A stretch of 64,000 nucleotides of DNA, taken from the NCBI GenBank assembly GCA_023213235.1, contig CP096137.1, positions 2,350,723-2,414,722 on the forward strand. Direction: 5' to 3'. Below are positions 39,618 through 50,384 of the stretch, one piece after another. Source of the DNA: Elusimicrobiota bacterium (lineage in GTDB: Bacteria > Elusimicrobiota > Elusimicrobia > UBA1565 > UBA9628). The notes beneath the pieces were generated by a model, which saw only the letters and a list, made by a program, of their open reading frames with translations, was not told where the DNA came from and searched no databases. The position numbers and the translations under genes are program-made. Position 1 is the first letter of the stretch, and every line of letters begins with the position of its first letter.

Positions 39618-39670
39618 GGCGTCATCATATCAGTCTTGCGCGAATCCGGCGCGCCCGTTATCCTACGGCC

Positions 39671-41097
39671 ATGGCCTGGCGTGACCACGTCGAGCCGGAC
39701 TGGTTCCACGAGGCGCCGTTCTACCTCGCGGCGACGATCGCCCACGGGGCCCTGCTGACCTTGAACCCGATGATCAACTGGGGCTCGCTCGCCGCGCCGG
39801 AGAAGGTCGTCCCGATCGAGTTCGTCGCCGAGGTCCCGCTGCCCGCCGTCGTCGCGCCGGCCCCGCCGCTGCCCGCGCCGCTGCCGGCGCTGGCGCCCGG
39901 CGGCGACGGCACGAAGGGCGCGCCCAAGCACGGCCCCGGCAAGCTCGAGGCGGAGAAGGTCAAGCGCGGCGCCGTCGACCCGCCGCCTAAGCCCAAGCCG
40001 GTCCCGAAGCCCGCGGCCGTCAAGTCGAAGTCCGACAAGGCCGGAACCACGGTGAAGAAGGCCGCGGCGAAGCCCAAGCCTCTCGCCCGGCCCGTCGACG
40101 ACCGCGCCGCCAAATTCGCGCGCGAGGCGCAGGCCGAGTCGCGCCGCGTGCGCGCCGAGAAGGACCGCGCCGCGCGCGCCGTCGTCGCCGAGCGGGCGGC
40201 CGCCGCCCGCGCCGACAAGGAGCGCCGCGCCGCCGAGCTGCGCGCCGTCGAGGCCGAGCGCGCCGAGGCCGAGCGCGCCGAGAAATCGCGCCTGGCCGCC
40301 GAGGCGCGCCTGGAGAGGAGCGCCGCGCGGCGCAGGCCCGCGCCGAGGCCGAGCGGCTCGCCGAGGCGCGCCGTCAGGAAGCCGCGCGCAAGGCGGCCGC
40401 GCTCGCCGAGCAGAAGCGCCTGGCCGCCGAGGCCAAGGCCGCGAAGGCCGCCAAGCGCGCGGCCCTGACCTCCGCGCTCGCGACGATGGCCGACCCCGAC
40501 GAGGCGCTCGAGGCCTCCGAGGCCGCGCCCGCGAGCGGCCGCGGCTCCGCGCGCAGGGGCAAGCCCGCGCGCGGCGGCCCCGCGGGCCAGGGCGCCGCCG
40601 GCCCCGGCGCCTCGGGCGACGACGTCGCCGGCGACGCCGGCGGCCTCGGCGGAGGAGCCGCCGAGCTCGCGGGCGCGCGCCGCGCGGGCGCCGCCGCCGC
40701 GCTCGCCGAGTCCACCGACCCCGGCGACGACGCCGGCTCCGGCGGCGCCGACCTCATCGACGCGCCCGCCAAGGGCGGGGGCGACGGCCCCGACGGCGGG
40801 GGCGTCTCCTACTCCCTCGACGGCCCCGTCGGCAACCGCCGGATCGTCTCGCGCGTCGCGCCGTCGAGCCCGGACTGGGTCGCGGTGCGCAATCTCGACC
40901 TGACCGTCATCGTCCGCTTCCAGGTCCTGCCCGACGGCTCGGTCAAACAGGGCGCCGTGATCCAGAAGACCTCCGGCTTCCCCGAGATCGACGCGCGCGC
41001 CCTCAAGGCCCTCTCCAAGTGGCGCTTCCAGCCCGTACCCGCCAAATCCGGCGCCGCGGAAGTGTGGGGACGCGTCTCCTTCCGCTTCACGTCCTGA
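39671..41097 (+). CDS. TonB/TolA-like energy transducer (frameshift ~40315-40340)
   Basis: TM with ATIAHG, Pro-rich and Ala/Lys/Glu helical linker, TonB_C VRFQVLPDG..KTSGFPEIDARALKALSKWRF. Confidence 0.85.
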
Positions 41098-41185
41098 ACG
41101 TTGACGGGGCTCGTTGATCATGGTCAAGCCGGGGTCTTGACCGGTGTCCTCGGACCGGGCCTGCCCGTCGCGATATCATGTGGGC

Positions 41186-41674
41186 ATGAAGAAATTCGCT
41201 CCCCTTTTCCTCGCCCTCGCCACTTCCGCCGCCGCGCAGCAGGTCACCCGCGTGCCGATGGTCCTGCCCTCCGTCAACGCGTACGCCGTGTACTTCCCGG
41301 CCCCGTCGCCCGCGCTCATCCCGATGAGCATGCCCGGCTCGGTGTCCGTCGAGATCGCCGTTCCGCTCTCGCTCCCGGCGCCGCGCCCGGTCCCGAACGC
41401 GATCACGCCCCTTTCGTTTCCGGGCGCGAAGAACCCTTTCCCTCTGCCGACGCCGCTGATCGTGGCGCAGGCCGAGGTCGTCCCGGCCCTGCCCGTCGTC
41501 GACGCGGTCCAGGCCGTGGTCCCCGCCCGCCCCGCGCTCAACGAGCTGCGCGACACCGTCATCGGCCGGGAGCCGATCCGGGTCCAGGCGAACAAGGCCT
41601 TCGACGGCCGCCGCGAGACGGTTCGCGAGGCCGCGCTGCCCTCCGGCCGGATTTTTAAGTCCGCCCGCCGGTAA
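41186..41674 (+). CDS. Exported Pro-rich hypothetical protein
   Basis: TATCAT-6 nt-ATG; signal peptide MKKFAPLFLALATSAAA; ends KAFDG. Confidence 0.7.
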   Translation: MKKFAPLFLALATSAAAQQVTRVPMVLPSVNAYAVYFPAPSPALIPMSMPGSVSVEIAVPLSLPAPRPVPNAITPLSFPGAKNPFPLPTPLIVAQAEVVPALPVVDAVQAVVPARPALNELRDTVIGREPIRVQANKAFDGRRETVREAALPSGRIFKSARR

Positions 41675-41677
41675 ATC

Positions 41678-41706
41678 ATCGCCCGCCGCGTTCATCGGCG
41701 GGCGAT
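41678..41706. terminator. Hairpin, probable terminator
   Basis: ATCGCCCGCCG-cgttcat-CGGCGGGCGAT just after the stop at 41674. Confidence 0.6.
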
Positions 41707-41738
41707 TGACTTTACGGGGGCGACTCTACACTTCGGGC

Positions 41739-44128
41739 ATGAGGCGCGCCCTCGGCGTGTTCTTCCTCTATTGCCTCGCCGCGTCCGCGGCGCAGGCCGC
41801 GCGTTCTCCCAAGGTCAAGAACGAGGACGCGCCCTCGCGCGACGGCTGGAACTCGATGAACATGGAGGCCCAGGCCGTCATGGGCGAGCTCCAGCTCCAG
41901 TCCGGCGACCCGCGCGCCGCGCAGCGCACGTTCCAGCGCACGCTCGACATCGGCACCAAGGTCACCGGACCGCGCGCCGAGGTCGCCGCGCAGAGCCACT
42001 TCCGCAGCGCCGAGATCGCGCTCGCCAAGGGCGAGTACTCCGACGCGCGGCGCAACCTCGAGATCCTGATCCAGCGCTACCCGGAGACCGACTGGGCGGA
42101 GAAGGCCAAGCGCCTGCTGACCTCGGTTCCCGGCGGGGAATCGACGTACAAGGCCGAGGCCGACGAGCCGTTCGTGCCCGCGATGCCGTCCTCGTCGGCC
42201 GAGGAGGCGCTCGCGCGCCTGCGCGCGGCGATCGATGAGTCCCGGACCGAGGCCGCGCTGGCCGAGGCCTACGACTTCATCCGGCGCTACCCGTCGCGCG
42301 CCGAGCGGCCCGAGGTCGACCTCGCGGCCGGCGCCCTGCATCTGCGCCGCGGCGAGGCCGCGCGCGCGGTGCGCTTCCTCAAGCCGCTCGCCGCCGGCGC
42401 CGACCCCGCGCTCAAGAGCAAGGCGATCCACCTGATCGGCGCCGCGCTCGCGAGCCTCGGCCTCGACGAGGCCTCGCTCAAGGTCGTGCCGGCGGCCGAC
42501 CCGGGCGCCACGCCCGACCGCTGGCTCGCGCTGGCGCAGGTGTGGCGCGCCGCGGCCGAGGAGCGCATGGGCCGGCGCGAGGACGCCGCCGAGCTGTACC
42601 GCGCGATCTCCGCGTCGGGCCAGGACTCGCCGGTCAAGGCGTACGCGCTCGGCGCGATCGCCGCGGACTGGGACCGCCGCGGCAAGCCCGACCGCGCGCG
42701 CGACGCGCTCAAGCGGACGCAGGAGGCCGCGGCCAAGTACGGCCTCGTCGAGCTGCGCGAGTCGGCCGCGCTGTCGGAGGCGCACCTGCTCCTGCGCGGG
42801 CGCCGGCTCGAGGACGCGCAGAAATCCTACGCCGACTTCGCGACGCGCTACCCCGAGAGCCCGTTGCGCGCGCAGGCGCTGTACCAGCGCGGACTGGCGC
42901 TCAAGCGCCTCGAGCGTCCCGAGGACGCCGCCTCCGTCTTCGAGGACCTCTCCGTCCGGCATCCGGCCTCGGCGTACGCCGCCGACGCGCACCTGCAGCT
43001 CGGCCAGCTCTACACGGACCTCGGCCGCTCCGAGAAGGCGCTGACGCACTACCGCCTGATGGGCCGCGCCTCGGAGGCCGAGGACGGCGACCGCGAGGCG
43101 CTCCTGCTGATGGCGCAGGTCCACTACAACAAGAAGCGCTGGGCCGAGGCGGTCCCGCTTTATAAGCAATGGCTCCAAGGCGCGGCCCCGGGCGACGTGA
43201 AGTCCAAGGAGGTCGAGCGCCTGCTGCTCGTCGCGATGTGGCAGAACGACAAGGAGGACCCCGAGCTCCCCGCGCTCGTCGCGAAATACCCGAACCACGA
43301 GCTCGCCGGAAGGATCCGCTGGGACCTCGCCGCGAAGACCTACCGCTCCGGCGACTTCGACTCCGCCGAGCAGCTGTTCCGCCGCCACATCGAGAACAAC
43401 CCGCACGCCTCGAACGTCGGTGACGCGCGCTACTACCGCGCCGAGGCCCTGCGCCAGCTGCGCCGCGTCGACGAGGCCGCCGGCGCCTACCGCAAGTTCA
43501 TGGCCGTGCACCCGAAGCATGCGCGGCACAAGGACGCCGCGATGGCGCTCGGCCAGATGCTCTACGACGCAGGCGACGCGGCCGGCGCGGCCGCCGCGTT
43601 CGGGAAGGTCGGGGGAACGGGGAGGACGCCGCCGACGCCGCGTACAACCGGGCGCTCGCGCTCTCGAAGACCGGCGAGGGCCGCGGCGCGGAGAAGGCCT
43701 GGTCCGGCTTCGCCGCCAAGTTCCCGCGGCACGAGAAGGCCTCGTGGGCCTGGGGCCAGGCCGCGCGCTTGCGCGAGGAGAACGGAGACCTCGCCGGCGC
43801 CGCCGCCGCGTACGAGAAGGCGGCCGGCAAGGACGAGCGCATGAAGGCGCTGTACGCGCTCGGCCGCCTGCAGGAGCGCCGCAAGAAAGTCCGCGAGGCG
43901 AAGAACGCCTACGAGCGGCTCGGCGCGCTGCTGCCCAAGGACGACGCCTCGCGCCTGGCCGGCCAGCTGCGCCTGGCGCTCATGCTCGAGCTCGAGGACA
44001 AGCCGCAATCCGCGGCGCCGCTGTACATGGACGTCCTGCGCCACGCCGAGCGGGGAAGCCAGACCTTCGAGACCGCGCGCAAGCGCCTCGAGGCGCTCTC
44101 CGGCGACAAGTCCCTGATCCGGAAGTGA
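41739..44128 (+). CDS. Large exported TPR protein (CpoB/BamD-like repeats; frameshift ~43615)
   Basis: TACACT-6 nt-ATG; repeats YPETDWA, YPESPLRAQALY, HPASAYAADAHLQLG. Confidence 0.85.
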
Positions 44129-44154
44129 ATGTCGGGGCCTGGCCCGGACATTCA
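44126..44154. repeat. Short palindrome related to the 23435 element
   Basis: TGAATGTCGGGGCCTGGCCCGGACATTCA shares TGAATGT..G.GCCTGGCCC with the 23435 right arm; between convergent genes. Confidence 0.6.
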
Positions 44155-44162
44155 GGACATTC

Positions 44163-44585
44163 TTACTTCTCGATCACGTAGTCGACGCCCTTCACGAGCT
44201 TGATCTCGATGTCGCCGTCGAGGTCGTCGCCTCGGACGATCAGGGCGCCGGCCGCCTCGGCCCGGCTCTTCGCGGCCCACATCTCGCGCCTCGCGGCGTC
44301 GTAGCCTTCCGTCGCCTCGCGCATCGTGTTCGGGTTCTGAGACAAGAGCGAGAAGATCGCCCCGAAGCCGCCGACGACGGCCGAGATCTTGGTCTTGCGC
44401 CGCGCCTGCCAGTACTCGGCGACCGCGACCGCGCCGGGGGTGATCGGCTTGAAGCCCGGCTGATCGCACACGCACTTGGGCGACGGCTTTTCGGCCGGGG
44501 CCGCCGGAGCGGGCTGGACGGCGACTTGGGCGCGGACCGGGAGCGCGAACGTCGCGACGGCGAGCACGAGGGCGGTGATCTTCAT
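44163..44585 (-). CDS. Exported hypothetical protein
   Basis: TATTCT-6 nt-ATG; signal peptide; KCVCD; one internal hydrophobic segment. Confidence 0.7.
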   Translation of the reverse strand: MKITALVLAVATFALPVRAQVAVQPAPAAPAEKPSPKCVCDQPGFKPITPGAVAVAEYWQARRKTKISAVVGGFGAIFSLLSQNPNTMREATEGYDAARREMWAAKSRAEAAGALIVRGDDLDGDIEIKLVKGVDYVIEK

Positions 44586-44715
44586 GCCCTAAGAATAGGG
44601 GAAAACCGGATCCGGCGCGGGGGTCTTCCGACCCCGAAAAGCGGGTCCGATGGGCCCACCTTCCTTAACAGCTTCGACCTTGCGGGGTTTCCGTCCCTCC
44701 GCTATACTGGCCCGC

Positions 44716-45351
44716 ATGCCCGGAATGACATTCGTCGACATGCTGAAGATCAGCATCGCGATGCCGATCCTGCTCGTGCTGTCTTTGGCGATCTTCGCTC
44801 AGGCGCTCGAGCGGCTGTACTCCTATTGGGTGGCCCAGAAGATGCCGACGTCGATGTGGGAGCGCGTGCGCGACCGCCTCGAGGCGGGGGACAAGGCCGG
44901 CGCGCTCGCGATCGCGCGCCGCGACACGTCCTTGATGGGCGAGGCGATCGCGCGCCTGCTCTCGCTCGACACGGCGAACCCGGAGAAGCTCGTCGAGGCG
45001 TTCCAGGTCTACCGCGCGCGCCTCTCGATGGGCCTCAACCGCCGCGTGGGCCTGTTCGGCACGGCCTCGTTCGTCTCGCCGCTGATCGGCCTCATGGGCA
45101 CGGTGCTCGGCATCATGCGCGCCTTCCACGACCTCTCGGCCGCCGGCGCCGGCGGACCCGCCGTCGTCGCGGCCGGCATCTCGGAGGCGCTCGTCGCGAC
45201 GGCCTTCGGCATCGGCCTCGCCGTCTTCGCCGCTTTGCTCTACAACTACTTCACGCTCACCGCGCGCCACCGCCTGCAGACGGCGGACCTGTGGGTGCTC
45301 GAGATGGCCCAGCTGTTGGAGATCACCCATGGCGGGCAGCCCGTTTCATAG
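44716..45351 (+). CDS. MotA/TolQ/ExbB proton channel protein
   Basis: SPLIGLMGTVLGIMRAF, GISEALVATAFG. Confidence 0.92.
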   Translation: MPGMTFVDMLKISIAMPILLVLSLAIFAQALERLYSYWVAQKMPTSMWERVRDRLEAGDKAGALAIARRDTSLMGEAIARLLSLDTANPEKLVEAFQVYRARLSMGLNRRVGLFGTASFVSPLIGLMGTVLGIMRAFHDLSAAGAGGPAVVAAGISEALVATAFGIGLAVFAALLYNYFTLTARHRLQTADLWVLEMAQLLEITHGGQPVS

Positions 45352-45787
45352 AGACGACGAGGCCGCGGCGATCTCCGACGTCAACGTCGTGCCCCTGGCC
45401 GACGTGTCGCTCGTCCTGCTGATCATCCTGCTCGTGCTCTCGCCGATGGCCGCGCAGTCGATGCTGAAGGTCTCGGCCGCCGCCGCGAGGGCGAGCTCGC
45501 CCGTCCCGCTGCAGACCGAGCTGATCACCTTGCGCGAGCCGGAGAAGGCGCTCGTGATCGCCGTCGCGGCCGACCTGTACTCGATCGACGGCCGCCCGTT
45601 CGCCGACGCGCGCGAGCTGGCGGCCTTCCTGAAGCCGGCGCTCTCCGGACGAGACGACCGCAAGGTGTTCGTCTCGCCGGAGCTCGACGTCGAGCACGGG
45701 CGCGTCGTCTCGGCGCTCGAGGCCGTGCAGGAGTCCGGCGGCGCGGCCGCGCTCGTGCAGATCGCCGACCCCGAGGCGGTGCCCTGA
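45329..45787 (+). CDS. ExbD/TolR family protein
   Basis: DVNVVPLADVSLVLLII with the conserved TM Asp. Confidence 0.9.
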   Translation: MAGSPFHRDDEAAAISDVNVVPLADVSLVLLIILLVLSPMAAQSMLKVSAAAARASSPVPLQTELITLREPEKALVIAVAADLYSIDGRPFADARELAAFLKPALSGRDDRKVFVSPELDVEHGRVVSALEAVQESGGAAALVQIADPEAVP

Positions 45788-46215
45788 TGGCGAAGTACGC
45801 GATGATGCGCCTGCGCGCGCCCGAGGCCGAGCCCGTCACCGAGGTCAACATCATCCCGGTGATCGACATCTCGCTGGTGCTGCTCGTCATCCTCTTCGTG
45901 ACCGCGCCGCTCCTCGCCTACCCGACCTTGCCGGTCAGCCTCCCGCCGGCCTCGGCGCTGCCGAACCAGGAACTGACGATCGCGATCACGTGCGCCGCCG
46001 ACGGCTCGCTGTCGGTGCGCGCCGCGCCGACGACGTGGGCGACGCTCGAGTCCGACCTCCGGCACGAGGTGGAGAAGAAGAAGGGCGCGATCGTGCTGAT
46101 CCGCGCCGACAAGACCGTGAAGTACCGCGTGATCCAGCGCATGATCGCCGCCGCGAAGGGGGCGGGCGCGGGCCAGATCGCGCTCGCGACCGAGCCGCCG
46201 AAGGCCGCGCGATGA
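45787..46215 (+). CDS. ExbD/TolR family protein
   Basis: EVNIIPVIDISLVLLVI; IRADKTVKY. Confidence 0.92.
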   Translation: MAKYAMMRLRAPEAEPVTEVNIIPVIDISLVLLVILFVTAPLLAYPTLPVSLPPASALPNQELTIAITCAADGSLSVRAAPTTWATLESDLRHEVEKKKGAIVLIRADKTVKYRVIQRMIAAAKGAGAGQIALATEPPKAAR

Positions 46216-47073
46216 GAATCCTGCTCTTTCTCGCTTTATACGCGCACGCCGCCCCGAAGCCGAAGGAACTGTCGGAGGACATCACGGTCAAGGCCCGCGC
46301 CGCCGGCGCCGCCGGCGTCCAGGTCGCCCCGCCGACCGCCTCGAAACCCGTCATCGACGAGGTCCTGCGCTCCCTCTCGCTCGGGCGCGGGCGCCTGGCG
46401 CCCGCCGCCGAGCGCATCCGCGTCGGCGGCGACGTCGCCCGCTACCTGCGCCCGTATCCTGAAGCCCCGTTCCTCGCCCTTTCGCCCGCCAACATCGTCG
46501 CGCTCTACGACGAGTGGAGCTTCGAGGTCCTCGACAACGAGGGGGAGATCGTCATGAAGTCCGACGGCGTCGGCATGCTCAACGAGAAGATCGACTGGGA
46601 CGGCGCCGGCCCCGACGGCCGCCTGGCCGTCGTCGCGGGCCGCTCCTACCGCTACCGCTTCACCGGCCGCCGCGCGGGCCGCGCCTTCGTCGTCGAGAGC
46701 GACCCCGTGCCGCTGAGGTCCTTCACCTGGCGCGAGTACGCGGGGAGACGCGACTCGAGGCCGAATCATCCCTGTTCTTCGAGGACGGCAAGGCCGAGTC
46801 GGCCAAGGGCGCCGACGAGTGGATCGACGCGCTCTCGCGCCGCCTGCGCTCCGGAGAGTCGCGCGCCGACGGCAACTACAAGCTCGAGCTCGCCGCGAAG
46901 GACCTGCGCTCGCCGCTCGCCAAGAACCGCGCGCGCCTGCTCGCGCGCAAGCTGGCCAAGGCGCTCGTCGTGTCCCCGGAACGGGTCGTGGTCTCCTTGA
47001 TGCCCGCCCTGCGGGGGAGGCCGTCTCCGGCTTCCTGCCGCCGTCCAAGGGCGCGACGCTCCGAATCGAGTAG
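46212..47073 (+). CDS. Exported protein with FlgD-Ig-like and degenerate OmpA-like regions (frameshifts ~46745, ~47015)
   Basis: WSFEVLDNEGEIV..IDWDG..G.SYRY; SLFFEDGKA..LAKNRA. Confidence 0.55.
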
Positions 47074-47085
47074 AATATACGCTCG

Positions 47086-48552
47086 ATGTCCGCGAAAAAA
47101 CCCTCCCGCCATGAAATTACCGTAATTCCCGGAGACGGGATCGGCCCCGAGGTCATGAACGCCGTCCGCTCGGTGCTTCAGGCCGCCGAGGTGGCGATCG
47201 ACTGGGACGAGCAGCTGGCGGGCGCCGAGGTGTTCAAGAAGGGCGTCGGCTCCGGCGTCCTGCCCGAGACCATCGCCTCGATCCGCCGGACCAAGTGCGC
47301 GCTGAAGGGCCCGCTCGAGACCCCGGTCGGCTTCGGCGAAAAGAGCGCCAACGTCACGCTGCGCAAGTTCTTCGAGACCTACGGCAATATACGGCCGGTG
47401 CGCGAACTGCCTGGAATCCGCACGCCGTACTCCGGCCGCGGCATCGACTTCATCGTCGTGCGGGAGAACGTCGAGGACCTGTACGCGGGCATCGAGTACC
47501 TCCAGACGCCCGGCGTCGCGCAGGCCCTGAAGCTGGTCACCCGCAAGGGCTCCGAGAAGATCTGCCGGCTCGCCTTCGAAATCGCCCGCGCCGAGGGCCG
47601 CAAGAAGGTCACCTGCGCCACCAAGGCGAACATCCTCAAGTTCACCGAGGGCCTGTTCAAGCGCGTCTTCGAGGAGGTCTCCAAGGACTACCCCGAGATC
47701 GTCGCCGAGCACCAGATCGTCGACAACTGCGCGCACCAGATGGTCATGCGCCCCGAGCAGTTCGACGTGCTCGTGATGACGAACATGAACGGCGACATCC
47801 TCTCCGACCTGGCCTCCGCCTTGATCGGCGGCCTCGGCTTCGCCCCGTCGGCGAACCTGGGCGACGGAGCCTCCATCTTCGAGGCGGTCCACGGCTCCGC
47901 GCCGCAGATCGCCGGCAAGGACATGGCCAACCCGACCGCGCTGCTGCACAGCTCGGTGCTCATGCTGCGCCACCTGGGCGAGATGAAGGCCGCCGACTCC
48001 GTCGAGAACGCGCTCCTCGTCACGTTGGAGGAGGGAAAGATCCTCACTCCCGACATGGCCGGCGGCGGCCGCGAGCCCTCGGGCACGAAGGCCTTCGCCA
48101 AGGAAGTGATCAAGAACCTCGGCTCGGCGCCCAAGGCCTACCCCAAGCGCGAGTACAAGAAGGTGATCATGCCCAAGGTCTCGCACGACGCGGTGATGGT
48201 CGTGGCCAAGGAGACGCGCCCGATGGGCGTCGACATCTTCGTGGCGACCGCGATCGACCCCGCGGTGCTCGGCCCTTCGGTCGAGCAGATGATCGCCGAC
48301 CTGCCGGTGCGCCTGACCCAGATCAGCAACCGCGGCGCCAAAGTGTACCCGAACGACCTCGGCGTCGAGGCCGACCCCGTCGACTGCGCGCGCCTGCGCT
48401 TCAAGGTCGCCCACCACGGCGACACGCTCTCCGACAAGGACATCGCGCAGATCCTCCTGCGCGTCGGCGCCCAGGCGCCCTGGGTGCACGTCGAGAAGCT
48501 CTACAAGTACGACGGCGTGGCCGGCTTCACCAAGGACCAGGGCGAAGACTGA
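47086..48552 (+). CDS. icd: Isocitrate dehydrogenase (NADP, long type)
   Basis: GDGIGPE, KSANVTLRK, RENVEDLY, KANILK, NMNGDILSD, EAVHGSAP; C-terminal GFTKDQGE. Confidence 0.92.
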   Translation: MSAKKPSRHEITVIPGDGIGPEVMNAVRSVLQAAEVAIDWDEQLAGAEVFKKGVGSGVLPETIASIRRTKCALKGPLETPVGFGEKSANVTLRKFFETYGNIRPVRELPGIRTPYSGRGIDFIVVRENVEDLYAGIEYLQTPGVAQALKLVTRKGSEKICRLAFEIARAEGRKKVTCATKANILKFTEGLFKRVFEEVSKDYPEIVAEHQIVDNCAHQMVMRPEQFDVLVMTNMNGDILSDLASALIGGLGFAPSANLGDGASIFEAVHGSAPQIAGKDMANPTALLHSSVLMLRHLGEMKAADSVENALLVTLEEGKILTPDMAGGGREPSGTKAFAKEVIKNLGSAPKAYPKREYKKVIMPKVSHDAVMVVAKETRPMGVDIFVATAIDPAVLGPSVEQMIADLPVRLTQISNRGAKVYPNDLGVEADPVDCARLRFKVAHHGDTLSDKDIAQILLRVGAQAPWVHVEKLYKYDGVAGFTKDQGED

Positions 48553-48615
48553 GGACGCTCTAAGGCTTTCCGCAGCCGCGTCCCCGCCGGGCGTCTCGCG
48601 CCCGGTGAGCCGGAC

Positions 48616-49401
48616 TTAGATCTCGCTCGCTTCGGCGGGACGGCGCTCGACGAGAGCGACGACGCCGGCGCTGACGAAGTAGAGCGCAAGCAGAACGGTC
48701 CCGAACAGCACCGTCGTGGCCAGCACGTCGCCGGGCGTCAGGAAGGCGGCGGCCGCGAGGATCGCGACCGAGGACTCGCGCCAGTACTTGAGCATCGCGC
48801 GCGAGGACACGAGCCCGAAGCGTCCCAGGAAGTAGAAGAGCACCGGCGCCTCGAACGACAGGCCCGTGCCGAGCACCGTGTAGAGCAGGATGTCGAGGTA
48901 CTCGTTCGGGCGCAGGTTCGGGCGCAGGCCGGCGGCGAAGGCCTCCTCGAGCAGGATGCCGGCCAGGACCGGGAAGGCGACGAAATACGCGAACAGCGCC
49001 CCGGCGGCGAAGCAGGCGCTCGTCGTCAGGACGAAGACGGTCGCGAGCTTCTTCTCCTTGGCGTGCAGCGCGGGCTCGACGAAGGCCCAGACCTGGTAGA
49101 ACAGGAAGGGGGAGATCGCGACCACCGAGGTCCAGAACGAGAGCCGCAGCAGCGAGAAGAACGGCTCGGCCAGGTCGGTGTAGGCGAACGGCTCGGCCGC
49201 CTCGAGGCCCGGAATCGATAGGAGCGGGCGCTTGGCGAGCTCCCACAGCTTGAAGCGCGCGAAGTAGCCGAGCGCGGTCGCCGCGGCGAGCGCGAGCGCG
49301 GAGTGGATCAGGCGGTCGCGCAACTCGCCGATGTGCGACCAGAACGGCAGGCGCCGTTCCTCGTCCTCGGGCAGCGCCTCGGGGATCAGCTCGACGCTCA
49401 C
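48616..49401 (-). CDS. tatC: Twin-arginine translocase subunit TatC
   Basis: FWSHIGELRDRL, YQVWAFVEPAL..EKK, GLSFEAP, FLTPGD. Confidence 0.93.
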   Translation of the reverse strand: MSVELIPEALPEDEERRLPFWSHIGELRDRLIHSALALAAATALGYFARFKLWELAKRPLLSIPGLEAAEPFAYTDLAEPFFSLLRLSFWTSVVAISPFLFYQVWAFVEPALHAKEKKLATVFVLTTSACFAAGALFAYFVAFPVLAGILLEEAFAAGLRPNLRPNEYLDILLYTVLGTGLSFEAPVLFYFLGRFGLVSSRAMLKYWRESSVAILAAAAFLTPGDVLATTVLFGTVLLALYFVSAGVVALVERRPAEASEI

Positions 49402-49748
49402 CGGCCGCTCCCGTCGAAGGCGGCGGGGATGTGCTCGGCGCGGCCGGCGTCGATCGCGACGACGTCGAAGCGGCAGGGACCGTCCCAGCGGCGCGCCTGC
49501 AGCCACACCTTGGCGGCCAGGATCAGCTTGCGGCGCTTGGCGCCGCCGACCGAGGCCGCGGCGCCGCCGAACGCGGAGGACGCGCGCGCGCGGACTTCCA
49601 CAAAGACGATTTCATCCCCATGGCGCGCGACGAGGTCGAGCTCGCCGACCTTGGCCCGGAAGTTCCGCTCGAGGATCGTCATGCCCTTGGCCGACAAGAG
49701 GGCGGCGGCGGCGTCCTCGGCGGCGCGGCCGGTCTCGGCGCGGCTCAC
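49398..49748 (-). CDS. yraN: YraN family putative nuclease
   Basis: GRAAED, ERNFR..GELDLVA, VFVEVRAR, CRFDVV. Confidence 0.9.
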   Translation of the reverse strand: MSRAETGRAAEDAAAALLSAKGMTILERNFRAKVGELDLVARHGDEIVFVEVRARASSAFGGAAASVGGAKRRKLILAAKVWLQARRWDGPCRFDVVAIDAGRAEHIPAAFDGSGR

Positions 49749-50383
49749 GGGCGGGCTCCCGCGCTGGCGGCCACCGGCGCGTAGGTCATGCGGTGCGCCT
49801 TGCACGGACCGAGCTTGGCGAGCGCGCTCAGGTGCACGGCGGTGCCGTAGCCCTTGTGCGCGTCGAAGCCGTAGCCCGGGTGCATGCGCGCCAGGCGCCG
49901 CATCCAGCGATCGCGCACGACCTTGGCGATCACGCTCGCGGCCGCGACGCACAGCGACTTGGCGTCGCCGTCGATCACCGGCTTCTGTGGGAGCGCGTCG
50001 CCGGTCATCCTTTTCGGCCCGTCGACGAGGACGAGCACCGGATTCTTGACGCCCTTCGCGGCCGCGCGCCGGGCGGCGCGCGCCATCGCGTCCAGCGTGG
50101 CGCGCAGGATGTTGTCGCGCTCGATGACGCGCGGGTGCGCCCACGCCACCGACACCGCGAGCGCCTCGGAACGGACGACCCCGAAGAGCCGTTCCCGGCC
50201 CTTCGGGGTCATCTGCTTCGAGTCCTTCAGGAGGCGCAGCTTCGCCGAAGGGACCTCCGGCAAAGCCACGGCGGCGACCACCACGGGCCCCGCGAGGGGG
50301 CCCCGGCCGGCTTCGTCGACGCCGATCAAGAGCGCGCAGCGCGCGTCCGCTCGAGCGGCGTCGTCGAAGGCCCGGCCGTCCAA
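49745..50383 (-). CDS. rnhB: Ribonuclease HII
   Basis: GVDEAGRGPLAGPV, DSK, AAASVIAKV, HKGYGT. Confidence 0.96.
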   Translation of the reverse strand: MDGRAFDDAARADARCALLIGVDEAGRGPLAGPVVVAAVALPEVPSAKLRLLKDSKQMTPKGRERLFGVVRSEALAVSVAWAHPRVIERDNILRATLDAMARAARRAAAKGVKNPVLVLVDGPKRMTGDALPQKPVIDGDAKSLCVAAASVIAKVVRDRWMRRLARMHPGYGFDAHKGYGTAVHLSALAKLGPCKAHRMTYAPVAASAGARP

Positions 50384-50384
50384 G

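Noticed and set aside
40080-40480. GCCGAGCGC-type repeats
   Set aside because: They encode the ordinary Ala/Glu/Arg helical linker of a TolA/TonB protein
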